Origin: a virus
Reading direction: 5' to 3' (one strand)
DNA length: 64,000 nucleotides
IMG/VR virus record: IMGVR_UViG_3300042878_001497
Span: 96,001 to 160,000 of that record
Positions 45,073-54,575 of the stretch are shown one piece after another. The notes below the pieces were generated by a model. The model saw only the letters and a list, made by a program, of their open reading frames with translations, was not told where the DNA came from and searched no databases. A program made the translations under genes and the position numbers. Numbering within the stretch: position 1 is the stretch's first letter; each line of letters begins with the position of its first letter.

Positions 45073-47924
45073 GCGGTGTAGCCGGAGGAAATAGAATTAA
45101 AAAGCAAGACGTCCAAGATACGTTTAATGATTTTGAGAATAAAGTTCTCAAGAAAATCCCTGGTTACAAAGCTGCAAGTCTATCTGGAAGCGTTAAAGCT
45201 GGCACTAAAGCCGACTTCGGAGACTTAGACGTTATTAGTACCTTTGAATACGGTGATAAGAAGCTTGCCAAGCAAGCAATCATCGACACGGTATCTAAGA
45301 TGCCAGACTCTCTAATTATGCCCTTCCAAAGCGATCGGTATAAAGGTAAGAAATTTTATAACTCCGGAGAGATTATCTCGGTACTCTACCCAATCAAAGG
45401 AGCACCGGGCGAAACTATTCAAGTTGATGTTATGGTTTCTCTTTCTGAAACCGAACACCAGTTTAAGAACTCGTTTTTAGACCTACCTGCCGAAGTGCAG
45501 GGTCTAATCTTAGGACTAGTTAAGACTGCATTAGTAGAGCAGAAGCCGGCCGAAGTATTCGCCCGTATGGGAATTAAAAATCTACCCCCCTTAGAAGCAA
45601 ATCAGGAATACGAATTTAACCTTTCTAGCGTAAATCTAACTCTCAGAAAAGTAACCCTAGACAACTTTAAAGAAGTAGCTAGAGAGGAAATCTGGAAATC
45701 AAATAACTGGTCTGACGTACAGAACCTATTAAAGGATTTTGATCTTAATCAGCCCTTTGAAAAGCTTTTAGACCAGATAACAAGATCGCTTACCAATCCT
45801 AGAAGTAAGAACCGCGTAGCAGGAATCTTCCGCTCGATGGTATCGGTTAAATCCGGTGAAGTAGGTACTCCTAAAGGAGATAATAAAGAGAAGGCTTTGT
45901 CACAAGTTGCTCAAACTCTAACAGAAGGAGAAGAAAGCACCATCGGACTTTACGGAGGTGGATTCAAACCCCCTCACCGCGGTCACTTCCACATCGCTAA
46001 AGAGCTAGCCAAGGACGTAGATTCAATTAAGATCTACATCGGTGGTACAATCAGAAAAGGAGAAATAATTACAGCTCAGCAGTCAAAAGATATCTGGGGG
46101 ATCTATGCCAAGTATTTAGGTGTGCCCACTGAAATTGAAATAGCACCGGTCACCCCTATCCTTTCAATCTACCAGGAAATCGAAGCTAACAAAAAACAAG
46201 ACTACTTAGTAGGTTCCTCTACTGACCCGGCAGATCTAGCTAAGTTTAAAGCTCTACAGCTCAATAAGGATAATCTCTACGATAGAGCAAAATTAAAAAT
46301 TGTGTCAACGATCAACGAAGAAAAGCTATCTGCTACTACAATTAGAACAGATATGGACTACCTAAAAGCAGGTCAATGGATGCCTGAAGAACTTTCAGCA
46401 GACGATAAAAAAACAGTACTAGGAATCCTAAAAGCAACCCCAGAGTACAAAATGGCAGAAGCCATCGACGATGTATTCAACAGCTTCCTAGGAGAAGGTA
46501 CAAAAGAAAAAGCAGAAAAGAAAGAAGAAGAAACTTCTGAAGTAACCATGGGAACTCCCATGGCACCGATTGCCGTAGTACCTTCTGAGATTCGTCAGAA
46601 AATGCAAAACCTTACCGCATACTTCCAGAAGCTTGCCCCGGACGATGTGATCGTAGACTTTAACGGTCAATCGATCGTTATTACCCCGATGTACTACAAC
46701 AAAGCTCTACCGATGGGACCAGCTGACTACACTCCCGAGCAGAAACCTATCGACGAATACCAGGATACTGCAGCAGCTATCAACTACGTACCTTATATCG
46801 CTGGTATTCTAGAGCATATGATTAAGAAGGGTATGACGGTATTACCGCTGCCGGAGATCAAAACTAGAGAAGATGAAGAAAACGCTGCTAACGTTTTTGG
46901 TAGGACTGCTTACTACGATCCTACTAAGAAAGAAGTCGTGCTGTATGTAACAGGACGTCACCCTAAAGATGTACTGCGTTCATTCTGCCATGAGATGATT
47001 CATCACATGCAGAACCTAGAAGATCGTCTACCAGCTTTTACTACTACCAACACCCAGGAAGATTCTACATTAAATGATATTGAAAAGGAAGCTCATTTCC
47101 TTGGTAGCATGCTCATGAGAGAGTACGAAGATTCGATTAAGAAGGAAGATAGCCTGGAAGAAGGTACCAAATACCGTTCAATCGTTGCTGACGTTAGAAG
47201 AGCTGTTAACGATGCTCTTAATGTCTTAATTAGTGGTAAAAAGCTAAAAGGATATAACGTTAAGACCAAAAGAGAGCCTACTAAAAAGGATTTAGAGTTT
47301 GCTGAAAAATACGGAATGTCTCCTTTAGGAGCTATGCTTTACAACGAATATCAATCAGCATACCTGGGAGAGTTTACAAGCAAAAGCGAGAAAGGAACTA
47401 AGACAGAAGACGGCAAGCCGGTAAATGTAGGGGTAAGTTTAAAATTTGCTCAAACCGACCAAGTAGCACCGGGCAAATTCCACATCGACGGTGAAGCCGG
47501 TTCCGATGAAGGAGAAATCGATATCATACTAGCTTTTAATCCGGCTGACGGGACTAATATGCTTCAACAAATCCAACCAATCTTAACCGATCTTATTCGT
47601 CACGAAACCGAACACCTAACCCAATCCGGGGTAGAAGTTCGCCCGGATAAGTGGATGAGAAAGGACGAAGCTAGAAGAAGAGCTATTCGTCAGAACCCGG
47701 AGATATGGTACAAGTATTACATGCTTCCTAAAGAAGTAGATGCTAACATCCAGGGCTTGCATACAAAGTCAAAGTACGAGAAGAAAGACTTCCAGTCAAC
47801 CGTTGACCAGTACCTAGAAGACCTAGTACAGGGTGAAATTATAACAGTTGCAAATAAGCAAAAAATTTACGATCTTTGGAAGAGCAGAATTCCCCAAATC
47901 GGAGGTATTCCAAACTTAAAATAA
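45069..47924 (+). CDS. multidomain protein: Pol-beta NTase + HxGH nucleotidyltransferase + two HExxH zincin-like domains
   Basis: SGSVKAGTKADFGDLDV/IQVDV; GGGFKPPHRGH..LSATTIR; HEMIH..EKEA; HETEH..EVDA. Confidence 0.8.
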   Translation: MSGVAGGNRIKKQDVQDTFNDFENKVLKKIPGYKAASLSGSVKAGTKADFGDLDVISTFEYGDKKLAKQAIIDTVSKMPDSLIMPFQSDRYKGKKFYNSGEIISVLYPIKGAPGETIQVDVMVSLSETEHQFKNSFLDLPAEVQGLILGLVKTALVEQKPAEVFARMGIKNLPPLEANQEYEFNLSSVNLTLRKVTLDNFKEVAREEIWKSNNWSDVQNLLKDFDLNQPFEKLLDQITRSLTNPRSKNRVAGIFRSMVSVKSGEVGTPKGDNKEKALSQVAQTLTEGEESTIGLYGGGFKPPHRGHFHIAKELAKDVDSIKIYIGGTIRKGEIITAQQSKDIWGIYAKYLGVPTEIEIAPVTPILSIYQEIEANKKQDYLVGSSTDPADLAKFKALQLNKDNLYDRAKLKIVSTINEEKLSATTIRTDMDYLKAGQWMPEELSADDKKTVLGILKATPEYKMAEAIDDVFNSFLGEGTKEKAEKKEEETSEVTMGTPMAPIAVVPSEIRQKMQNLTAYFQKLAPDDVIVDFNGQSIVITPMYYNKALPMGPADYTPEQKPIDEYQDTAAAINYVPYIAGILEHMIKKGMTVLPLPEIKTREDEENAANVFGRTAYYDPTKKEVVLYVTGRHPKDVLRSFCHEMIHHMQNLEDRLPAFTTTNTQEDSTLNDIEKEAHFLGSMLMREYEDSIKKEDSLEEGTKYRSIVADVRRAVNDALNVLISGKKLKGYNVKTKREPTKKDLEFAEKYGMSPLGAMLYNEYQSAYLGEFTSKSEKGTKTEDGKPVNVGVSLKFAQTDQVAPGKFHIDGEAGSDEGEIDIILAFNPADGTNMLQQIQPILTDLIRHETEHLTQSGVEVRPDKWMRKDEARRRAIRQNPEIWYKYYMLPKEVDANIQGLHTKSKYEKKDFQSTVDQYLEDLVQGEIITVANKQKIYDLWKSRIPQIGGIPNLK

Positions 47925-47925
47925 A

Positions 47926-48486
47926 ATGGGCAAGTTAGCTGACTTACTACTTACTGAAGAGGAGCAAAATCCAAAACCAAAAGGCAAACTATTCTGTGAT
48001 ATGGATGGCGTGCTTACGGATTTTGTAGGCCGCTTTGACCATTACTTCGGTATGCATCCAAACGAGTACAAGGAGAAAAAAGGTGACGGAGGCTTCTGGA
48101 GCGTCATTGCACCTATCGGTCAGATCTTTTGGGAAGGAATGGAATGGACCCCGCACGGCCTACAGCTATGGGAACACATTAGAGATTTTAACCCAACTCT
48201 CTTAACTGCCCCCTCTGAAGAACAGTCTTCAAGAGACGGTAAGGTAGAATGGGCAAATAGGGAATTAGAACCTATTCCTCCGATCATCTTCCGTCCGGCT
48301 AAAGAAAAGCATCTAGAGTGTACAGGACCCGATGATATCCTAATCGACGATAGGGAAGATACCATTCAGAGATGGATAGATGCAGGAGGTGTAGGAATCT
48401 ACCATCCAGAAAACGGAGACCCATCCAACGTTATTATAAGATTAGAAAAGTTAGGTTATGTCAAGCCATCTGAAGAAAGAATTTGA
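47926..48486 (+). CDS. HAD phosphatase, 5'(3')-nucleotidase (NT5C)-like
   Basis: FCDMDGVLTDF, LLTAP, KVEW, ILIDDR; leader MGKLADLLLTE. Confidence 0.85.
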   Translation: MGKLADLLLTEEEQNPKPKGKLFCDMDGVLTDFVGRFDHYFGMHPNEYKEKKGDGGFWSVIAPIGQIFWEGMEWTPHGLQLWEHIRDFNPTLLTAPSEEQSSRDGKVEWANRELEPIPPIIFRPAKEKHLECTGPDDILIDDREDTIQRWIDAGGVGIYHPENGDPSNVIIRLEKLGYVKPSEERI

Positions 48487-49030
48487 TGAAAGGGCTGTAA
48501 ATCGGGCCCGAAACATTATTTCTAAAAACTTTACATCCCGTACCATGGTTGGTTCCGGGTACGAGAAAGCGAAAGAAAAGCATAGCGAAGGTGACGTCTG
48601 GGAAGAAGATGGTAGAGCATGGACCATTAAAAACGGTCTTAAACAAAATGTTACCAAGTTAGATGCTGCTAAAAAGCTAACTCAAATACCGTTAACTTGT
48701 CCTTCCTGCGGTGGTTCAATGAATCATCACCTAGCCAAGAAGATGTACAAAATCCATGGCTTCTGCTTTGACTGTACCGTTGATATGGAAGCCGGTCTAC
48801 GTAGAGCCGGCCTCTACAAGGAGTATGAAAAGCAGATGATGCAGGGCAACATGCAGGCCTGGGCACAAGGACTTGAGCAATGGGTTCAAGAGCAGATTAA
48901 CGAATCTATGACTTTTGTAACCGAAGACGGAACGATAGAAGATTGGAATAATAATTCTGCCAAGCAGAAAGCCGAAATTACGAAGAACGTCAACGAGTAC
49001 CTACAGCACCTTAAGAAGCACCTGGAGTAA
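48458..49030 (+). CDS. zinc-finger hypothetical protein
   Basis: EGDVWEEDGRAWTIKNG; CPSC...CFDC. Confidence 0.7.
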   Translation: MSSHLKKEFDERAVNRARNIISKNFTSRTMVGSGYEKAKEKHSEGDVWEEDGRAWTIKNGLKQNVTKLDAAKKLTQIPLTCPSCGGSMNHHLAKKMYKIHGFCFDCTVDMEAGLRRAGLYKEYEKQMMQGNMQAWAQGLEQWVQEQINESMTFVTEDGTIEDWNNNSAKQKAEITKNVNEYLQHLKKHLE

Positions 49031-49050
49031 CTATTTATAAAGAAACTCCA

Positions 49051-49980
49051 ATGCTTTTAACTGAGTCAAAAGTTACTGCGGTATTAACAGAAGGTCTTCG
49101 CTACCATTTGCAGACCGGTACTCCCTTATACGAGAACATCTACCGTCCAGGATCAGAACAATACTTTACTACCATCCGTCAGGCACGTCTTCTTATGAAT
49201 GAAGGTCTACTACGGTGCCTCTGCCTAGAAGATATGGAACTTCTATTTGAAACCGAGGTAGGAGAGTACGCAGAGTTTGAAGGCAAGCAAGTACCTTTAG
49301 ATTTCCCAATGATTGGAGAAATTAGCTTTATAATTCCGGATGCAGAAGCAACCTGGCAGCAAGCCTCTACCAATCCTCAGATCCAGAAGATGGGTGAGGA
49401 GCAGTGGAAGAAGCTTTCCGACATCTCAAAAGCAGCCGGAGGATTTGGATATACAGCCAAATACACAGACATCGATCCAGTGATGGCTGATCTATCAGGA
49501 GAAGAAACAGTTACTTTTTCAGACGACGATCAAATCCAGATGCCAGTAGTGCTTAAGTACCAGGAAGCCGGTCAAGTAAAATACGAAATCGTAGTAGGAG
49601 AAGATATCCTACATAGCCTCATTTCTTCAGGCAAGGATACAGACCCGGACATCTGGGTAGTTGATATCACAAGCGAGGCTCTAGCAGAGGCTAAGTACCG
49701 TGGATCAGAAGTAGCTCTAAACAAACCCAAAAGAGGAGGACCTAAGAAATTCTACGTTTATACTCGTAACCCTAAGACAGGAAAGATCATCAAAGTCAAC
49801 TTCGGAGGTACTACAGGACTGACTGCCAAGATCAACAATCCTGAAGCACGCCGGAACTTCGCCAGCCGTCATAACTGCGCTACTAAAAACGACAAAACCA
49901 AGCCCGGGTACTGGTCTTGCAGACTACCAAGGTACGCCAAGCTTATCGGACTCAAATCAAGCTTTGGAGGATTCTGGTGA
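49051..49980 (+). CDS. late multi-segment protein with basic C-terminal domain
   Basis: Begins MLLTES; acidic middle; LAEA followed by basic KKFYVY..VNFG..RRNFASRHNC..YWSC. Confidence 0.7.
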   Translation: MLLTESKVTAVLTEGLRYHLQTGTPLYENIYRPGSEQYFTTIRQARLLMNEGLLRCLCLEDMELLFETEVGEYAEFEGKQVPLDFPMIGEISFIIPDAEATWQQASTNPQIQKMGEEQWKKLSDISKAAGGFGYTAKYTDIDPVMADLSGEETVTFSDDDQIQMPVVLKYQEAGQVKYEIVVGEDILHSLISSGKDTDPDIWVVDITSEALAEAKYRGSEVALNKPKRGGPKKFYVYTRNPKTGKIIKVNFGGTTGLTAKINNPEARRNFASRHNCATKNDKTKPGYWSCRLPRYAKLIGLKSSFGGFW

Positions 49981-50281
49981 TCGTCCGTACATCGATCTAG
50001 AAAGCGGAATCGATGAGAATGGCGAACATTACGTCATTCGAAAGTTTGATAGCGATATCGATATTCAAGAGCTGTACTGGCATAGAGACGATGAGGATCG
50101 CGAGATTCATATACTGGAATGCGGTTATGAATGGCACATACAATTTGACGATCAACTCCCGATCCTGCTCTGGCCGGGAGATAAGCTATTTATACAAAGG
50201 CACGATTGGCATCGTGTCATTAAAGGTTCCGGTCATTTACTTATAAAAATTTTTAAACATGGCAAAGAAAAAGCAAACTGA
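49964..50281 (+). CDS. cupin-like small protein
   Basis: WHRDDEDR...PGDKLFI...WHRVIKG; TTG start uncertain. Confidence 0.6.
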   Translation: MEDSGDRPYIDLESGIDENGEHYVIRKFDSDIDIQELYWHRDDEDREIHILECGYEWHIQFDDQLPILLWPGDKLFIQRHDWHRVIKGSGHLLIKIFKHGKEKAN

Positions 50282-50558
50282 TAACGAGATTATCGACGAA
50301 GTAGTAGCTGAAGTAACTCCAGAAGAGACTCTGGTAGTTGAAGAAGTAGCAGTAGTTGAAGAGCCAGTAGTTATCGAAGCACCAGTAGCAACCCCTGCTC
50401 CTAAAGCAGAGAAGAAAGCTGAGACATTAGCTCCAGGAGAATACTACCAGGGAAAAAAGATTGAGAAATACGTCTCTAACCTAGGAAAGAAGGCCGTTGC
50501 AATCATCGACGGAAAAAGAGTTAAAGTCCTTAAAGCAGACGTAGTCAAAGTCAAGTAA
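50259..50558 (+). CDS. low-complexity hypothetical protein
   Basis: Glu/Val/Pro/Ala-rich linker with a basic C-terminus. Confidence 0.65.
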   Translation: MAKKKQTDNEIIDEVVAEVTPEETLVVEEVAVVEEPVVIEAPVATPAPKAEKKAETLAPGEYYQGKKIEKYVSNLGKKAVAIIDGKRVKVLKADVVKVK

Positions 50559-50701
50559 TGGCTAAGATCAAGTCTCAAGCGGTCTCAACATTCCAGGACA
50601 GGCCGAAGGTCAGCAGACCGGGGGTACATTCTAAGACTAAGACTTCAGTTCTAAAAACTAGCAAGAACTACACCAAGAAGTACCGTGGCCAAGGTAAGTA
50701 A
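50558..50701 (+). CDS. 47 aa basic peptide ending KKYRGQGK (not in ORF track)
   Basis: Hand translation MAKIKSQAVSTFQDRPKVSRPGVHSKTKTSVLKTSKNYTKKYRGQGK; TAATG overlap. Confidence 0.7.
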   Translation: MAKIKSQAVSTFQDRPKVSRPGVHSKTKTSVLKTSKNYTKKYRGQGK

Positions 50702-50708
50702 ATCTGCT

Positions 50709-50882
50709 ATGCACGCTTTTATGCGAGAGCTACTCCTAGAGGTAATCAAGGAGAAGCCCGGACTATGGGCTAATATCCGTGCACAAAAAGCTAGAGGAGA
50801 GAAACCTTCTCACCCAAACAGTAAAGCTTTCAAAGATGCTGTTAAGGCTGGAAGAGAGATTCTTAAAAAAGAAAAGAAATGA
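50709..50882 (+). CDS. small basic late protein
   Basis: Likely ATG at 50709; MRELLLEVIKE followed by GLWANIRA. Confidence 0.6.
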   Translation: MHAFMRELLLEVIKEKPGLWANIRAQKARGEKPSHPNSKAFKDAVKAGREILKKEKK

Positions 50883-51100
50883 AACTAATAGACCTCCTCT
50901 TAGAAGAGAACAACCCGGAAGATAAAGTTACTTTTGATATTCCCTTATTCATCAGACTTCTAGAGTACGCCAGAGAAGACGCCCAGGCAGACGTAGATCT
51001 ACACTTTATGGCCGATAACGCTATCAGACTCTCTGTAGAGGGTGAAACTCTAACAATGGATCATTACGATCAAATCGTTAAGCAAGATGAAGCTAAGTAA
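50879..51100 (+). CDS. small protein with MKLxxLLxE leader
   Basis: MKLIDLLLEEN...DIPLFIRLLEYAREDA. Confidence 0.75.
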   Translation: MKLIDLLLEENNPEDKVTFDIPLFIRLLEYAREDAQADVDLHFMADNAIRLSVEGETLTMDHYDQIVKQDEAK

Positions 51101-51500
51101 ACTCATCAGCGAAGCAGAGGTTAAATGTCCTCCTGCCACCCAAAACATCGATCTCAATCTTGAGAACAGACAGAAAGCCATTGACGAATACGGATACGGC
51201 CCTGCTGACCCTTCCCAGAAGAACGAAAAATTCTGGAAGAAGAAAATGGATATGTGGCAGGTCGATACGGCTGAAGAGCTTAAGAATATGGTGTGCGGTA
51301 CTTGTGCTGCCTTCGATATTACTTCTAAGACTTTAGACTGTATCGCTAAGGGCATCGGATCAGACATGGGTTCGGAAGATCCTTACGATGTTATTGATGC
51401 CGGTCAGCTTGGTTACTGCCGCTTTTTAAAGTTCAAGTGTGCAGCTGCTAGAACCTGTGACGCCTGGGTGATCGGAGGCCCGATCAAAGATAAGGAGTAA
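51087..51500 (+). CDS. Cys-rich protein with MKLxxLIxE leader
   Basis: MKLSKLISEA; CGTC..GYC..KC..TC. Confidence 0.75.
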   Translation: MKLSKLISEAEVKCPPATQNIDLNLENRQKAIDEYGYGPADPSQKNEKFWKKKMDMWQVDTAEELKNMVCGTCAAFDITSKTLDCIAKGIGSDMGSEDPYDVIDAGQLGYCRFLKFKCAAARTCDAWVIGGPIKDKE

Positions 51501-51712
51501 TGAAAAAATCTGAATTCCAGAACTTGATTCAAGAGCTAGCAGCAGAAGTGCTAACAGAAGGAATTCACGATCCTATGAATCCTGGCATTCTCAAAAAGAG
51601 GTTAGGTAAGCTTTCATGCTCTAAAGTAAGAGCGGCTAGAGGAAAACTTAAAGATAAAGGTACTACATATGCTAAAGCCCTGCAGAGGTACCTTAACTAT
51701 CACTGTCAGTGA
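51500..51712 (+). CDS. small basic protein with LxE leader
   Basis: Begins MKKSEFQNLIQELAAEVLTEG. Confidence 0.75.
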   Translation: MKKSEFQNLIQELAAEVLTEGIHDPMNPGILKKRLGKLSCSKVRAARGKLKDKGTTYAKALQRYLNYHCQ

Positions 51713-51738
51713 TCTATTTATAAAGAAAAAACCTTGCC

Positions 51739-51963
51739 ATGTCTAAAGTAACTTTCAACGGAGGCTATTACCTAACAGGTACTTCACCAGTATCAGGTAG
51801 CTGGAGAGCAATTACCTCAGTATCTTCAAGCACTGTGATCGAATCTGCTGTATTTGCAGACGGTAGTACAGTTGCAAACCTACCTCTACCAGCTGGTCTT
51901 AACCTAGAAGTAAAGATCAGACAAATTAAACTTTCAACCGGAGGAGCTTTTTTAGCTAAGTAA
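51739..51963 (+). CDS. small beta-rich late protein (possible virion decoration)
   Basis: 74 aa; own late motif at 51715. Confidence 0.6.
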   Translation: MSKVTFNGGYYLTGTSPVSGSWRAITSVSSSTVIESAVFADGSTVANLPLPAGLNLEVKIRQIKLSTGGAFLAK

Positions 51964-51964
51964 T

Positions 51965-52849
51965 ATGAAGCTACAGGAAAGTATTATGAGCGATTTGGAT
52001 GCTCTTGCAAGAGAGTATTCAGATGTAGAGGAGTACATCCTAGCAGCTTTTTCAGATAAGTACTTTAATCTTAAGAAAGATAAAGACACCATTGAGTTTT
52101 TAAGGATTATTTTTGATAATGCACACAAGGACCTAGACATGGCTCCTATGCAAGTAACCGAGAAAAAAGCTACATACTGCGGCAGATGCGGACACACTCA
52201 CGTTAAAGGAACTCCTTGCCCAAGACCTTTTAAAGAAGGGTTATCACCTTACGGCGATGATGCATACTTCGTAGTACCAAACAAAGGAAAGATGAAAAAA
52301 GAAGATATTTTAAAAGCTATTAAAGAAGTACTAGCTGAAAATACAGTACAAGTCAGCAAAATAACCGGCCGTACTGGAGAAACAGAAGTGGATGTGGTAA
52401 CACCTAAGCAGAAGGCAGAGTTAGAAAAAGCTGGTGCAAGAGTCACCCCAATGGAGGAAGACCTAGATCTAGGACACCAGGATGACGAACCGCATATGAT
52501 CAAATCAGAGCTTTACAAGATTGCTAAATACGCTCTTGAGCTCTACAAAATGGTTGATCAGTTTGAAGGTAAAGGAGAAGTAGATTTTCCGGCCTGGTGG
52601 CAGTCTAAAGTCACAAAAGCATCTTCGATGGTTAGCAGTGCCAAGCACTACCTTGAGTTCGAACTAGCTGAACCGGCAATGGATCAGGCAGTAGTAGGCG
52701 ATGAAATGCCTGTTACAGAAAAACTAGACCCAGTCGGCCACGAAGATGAGGATGTTGATAATGACGGTAAGAAGAATACCAAAACCGACAAGTACATCAA
52801 AAACAGAAGAGTAAAGATCGGTCAAGCAATCGCAAGTCATAAGAAGTAA
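51965..52849 (+). CDS. mosaic late protein with several LxE-type sites
   Basis: MKLQES; VTEKK; CGRCGHTH..CP; internal MKKEDILKAIKEVLAEN; DLGHQDDEPHM; LDPVGHEDEDVDNDG. Confidence 0.7.
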   Translation: MKLQESIMSDLDALAREYSDVEEYILAAFSDKYFNLKKDKDTIEFLRIIFDNAHKDLDMAPMQVTEKKATYCGRCGHTHVKGTPCPRPFKEGLSPYGDDAYFVVPNKGKMKKEDILKAIKEVLAENTVQVSKITGRTGETEVDVVTPKQKAELEKAGARVTPMEEDLDLGHQDDEPHMIKSELYKIAKYALELYKMVDQFEGKGEVDFPAWWQSKVTKASSMVSSAKHYLEFELAEPAMDQAVVGDEMPVTEKLDPVGHEDEDVDNDGKKNTKTDKYIKNRRVKIGQAIASHKK

Positions 52850-53412
52850 TGAAGCTACAGGATCTAAGACATATCATCGAGGAAGCCTATCTTGAGGTGC
52901 TAATTGAAGCAGCTGAAGAACCAGCTACCGGTCCTAAGAGAGATCAAACGGACCCGACACTAGATATTCTTCAAAAATTTCCTACCTTACAGAAGACGTT
53001 AACACATTTGTTAACTTCCCAATATATGGAATTTGTAGAAAAGGTAGGATGGATGTCACCCAAACCTTCTACGTTTAAGGTCGAATTTAAATCCGGACAG
53101 GATATGACCTTAAAGTGGATGGGTAAAAACTTTGAAGCCAATATTGAAGGCAAGCGCTACTACCTAGCCAACCTTCCGGAATTCCAGCAGGCATTAGACA
53201 AGATCGGAATGATGCTCGCACACGGTCCTATTCAGACAGGAATGGATGCATTAGGAGGAGAAGAAGGAGCCGGAGGCGATGTATTCGCCGGAGCCGGAGC
53301 ACCTGAACCCGCAGCCGGAGCAGAAACAGGAGCTGAAGCCGGTGCTGGAGCAGGAGCAGAAACACCCGCTACACCAGCCGCAGGAGAAGAAGACGTATTT
53401 GCAGGACTATAA
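52849..53412 (+). CDS. late hypothetical protein with LxE leader
   Basis: MKLQDLRHIIEEAYLEVLIEA; Ala/Gly/Glu-rich tail. Confidence 0.7.
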   Translation: MKLQDLRHIIEEAYLEVLIEAAEEPATGPKRDQTDPTLDILQKFPTLQKTLTHLLTSQYMEFVEKVGWMSPKPSTFKVEFKSGQDMTLKWMGKNFEANIEGKRYYLANLPEFQQALDKIGMMLAHGPIQTGMDALGGEEGAGGDVFAGAGAPEPAAGAETGAEAGAGAGAETPATPAAGEEDVFAGL

Positions 53413-54572
53413 TGAATCTAATAGATAAGGTTATTGAGGAATGGGCTTGGAGATGCCCTAAAGGATACCCACAGTTGGACTCTAAGGAAGATCTTCGTAT
53501 CTTTGAAGGATTATTCAATATAAACCTTACCGAAGCATCTGTGAAGTCTAATACGCTCGCCGCCAAGCAAGTACTCTTACAAAAATATCCCGAGACTTTC
53601 TCGGCAATGGCTGATTCTGCCCCCCACCGTATAGGTAACAGAGGTAAGATATCTGCTGCGGATTTTACTGCTATCATCGAAAAAGAATTTGGCACCGCCC
53701 CAGAATATTTCGCTCCAAACACATCTCAGAACAATAAACAAATTAAACCAGACGGTAGCCGAACATTCCCATTATTCCGATTTAAAACAGAGAAAGGAGA
53801 TGTTGCTCTAATTCTAGCCGGCGGTCCTAAAGAAGAGACCTCTGAAAGACAGGAGCACGGAGTGATCAACACTATTAATTCTATTGAAGGAATTAAGACA
53901 ATTAAAGATCAAAACGGACACACTATCGAAGGTGTAGTTCGGGCAGAAAAAATGTCACCAGTGCCGGGATACAGGCATGAACCTTACTCTGATATTAAAC
54001 TTGTAATTCAAGGTACCGAAGATCCTTTCTTAATCTCAGCTAAAGGGCTTACCTCTCCTACCATTGCAGGAGGAGGCCTACAGGGAGCTATGAAACTATC
54101 CCCTAAAGTACAAGAGTTTATAAAACAGTTCTACGAAGATGCATACCAGTATTACAAAAAGATCTTTGAAGAGCATTCCGAACTGACTCCCGAATATAAC
54201 CTCTACAAAACAAGCTACTTTAAAGACGTTAACAGAAAAGTTCCTGAAGATATTGTACTAGAGATCGTAAAAGGTACCCCAGCAGTAGGAGGAGAAGTAG
54301 ACGCATACTACATCGGAGATATGAACGTACAGCCTCAGGTAGAAGGAAACGTAATTACTTTTAATGGTAATATTAAACCAGTAGAAGAGTTTGCAAAGCA
54401 GGATTTATATCTTCATATTAGAAAAAGAGATGGAGATTACTACTTTGTAGATAATATGCAGACAGTCAACGGAGTAACCATGCCGAGAATCTTCGCTAGC
54501 AAACCTAACGGAACTACAGCTAGCTCTAGATTAGGATCACACACCTCCCTACGTGGAACAGTAATTATTTAA
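53412..54572 (+). CDS. putative PD-(D/E)xK restriction-fold nuclease with N-terminal leader
   Basis: MNLIDKVIEEWAWRCPKGYP..LTEA, then ERQE..PYSDIKL..LISAKG. Confidence 0.5.
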   Translation: MNLIDKVIEEWAWRCPKGYPQLDSKEDLRIFEGLFNINLTEASVKSNTLAAKQVLLQKYPETFSAMADSAPHRIGNRGKISAADFTAIIEKEFGTAPEYFAPNTSQNNKQIKPDGSRTFPLFRFKTEKGDVALILAGGPKEETSERQEHGVINTINSIEGIKTIKDQNGHTIEGVVRAEKMSPVPGYRHEPYSDIKLVIQGTEDPFLISAKGLTSPTIAGGGLQGAMKLSPKVQEFIKQFYEDAYQYYKKIFEEHSELTPEYNLYKTSYFKDVNRKVPEDIVLEIVKGTPAVGGEVDAYYIGDMNVQPQVEGNVITFNGNIKPVEEFAKQDLYLHIRKRDGDYYFVDNMQTVNGVTMPRIFASKPNGTTASSRLGSHTSLRGTVII

Positions 54573-54575
54573 GCC

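Noticed and set aside
44161-47924. Calling the NTases a CBASS system or a known NAD-reconstitution pathway
   Set aside because: No recognisable CBASS effector, Nampt or PRPP-synthetase-like partner is in the window, and the motifs give only the superfamily.
50013-50246. 77 aa alternative-frame ORF
   Set aside because: Nested in 49964..50281, which has the cupin-like motifs and couples to its neighbours.
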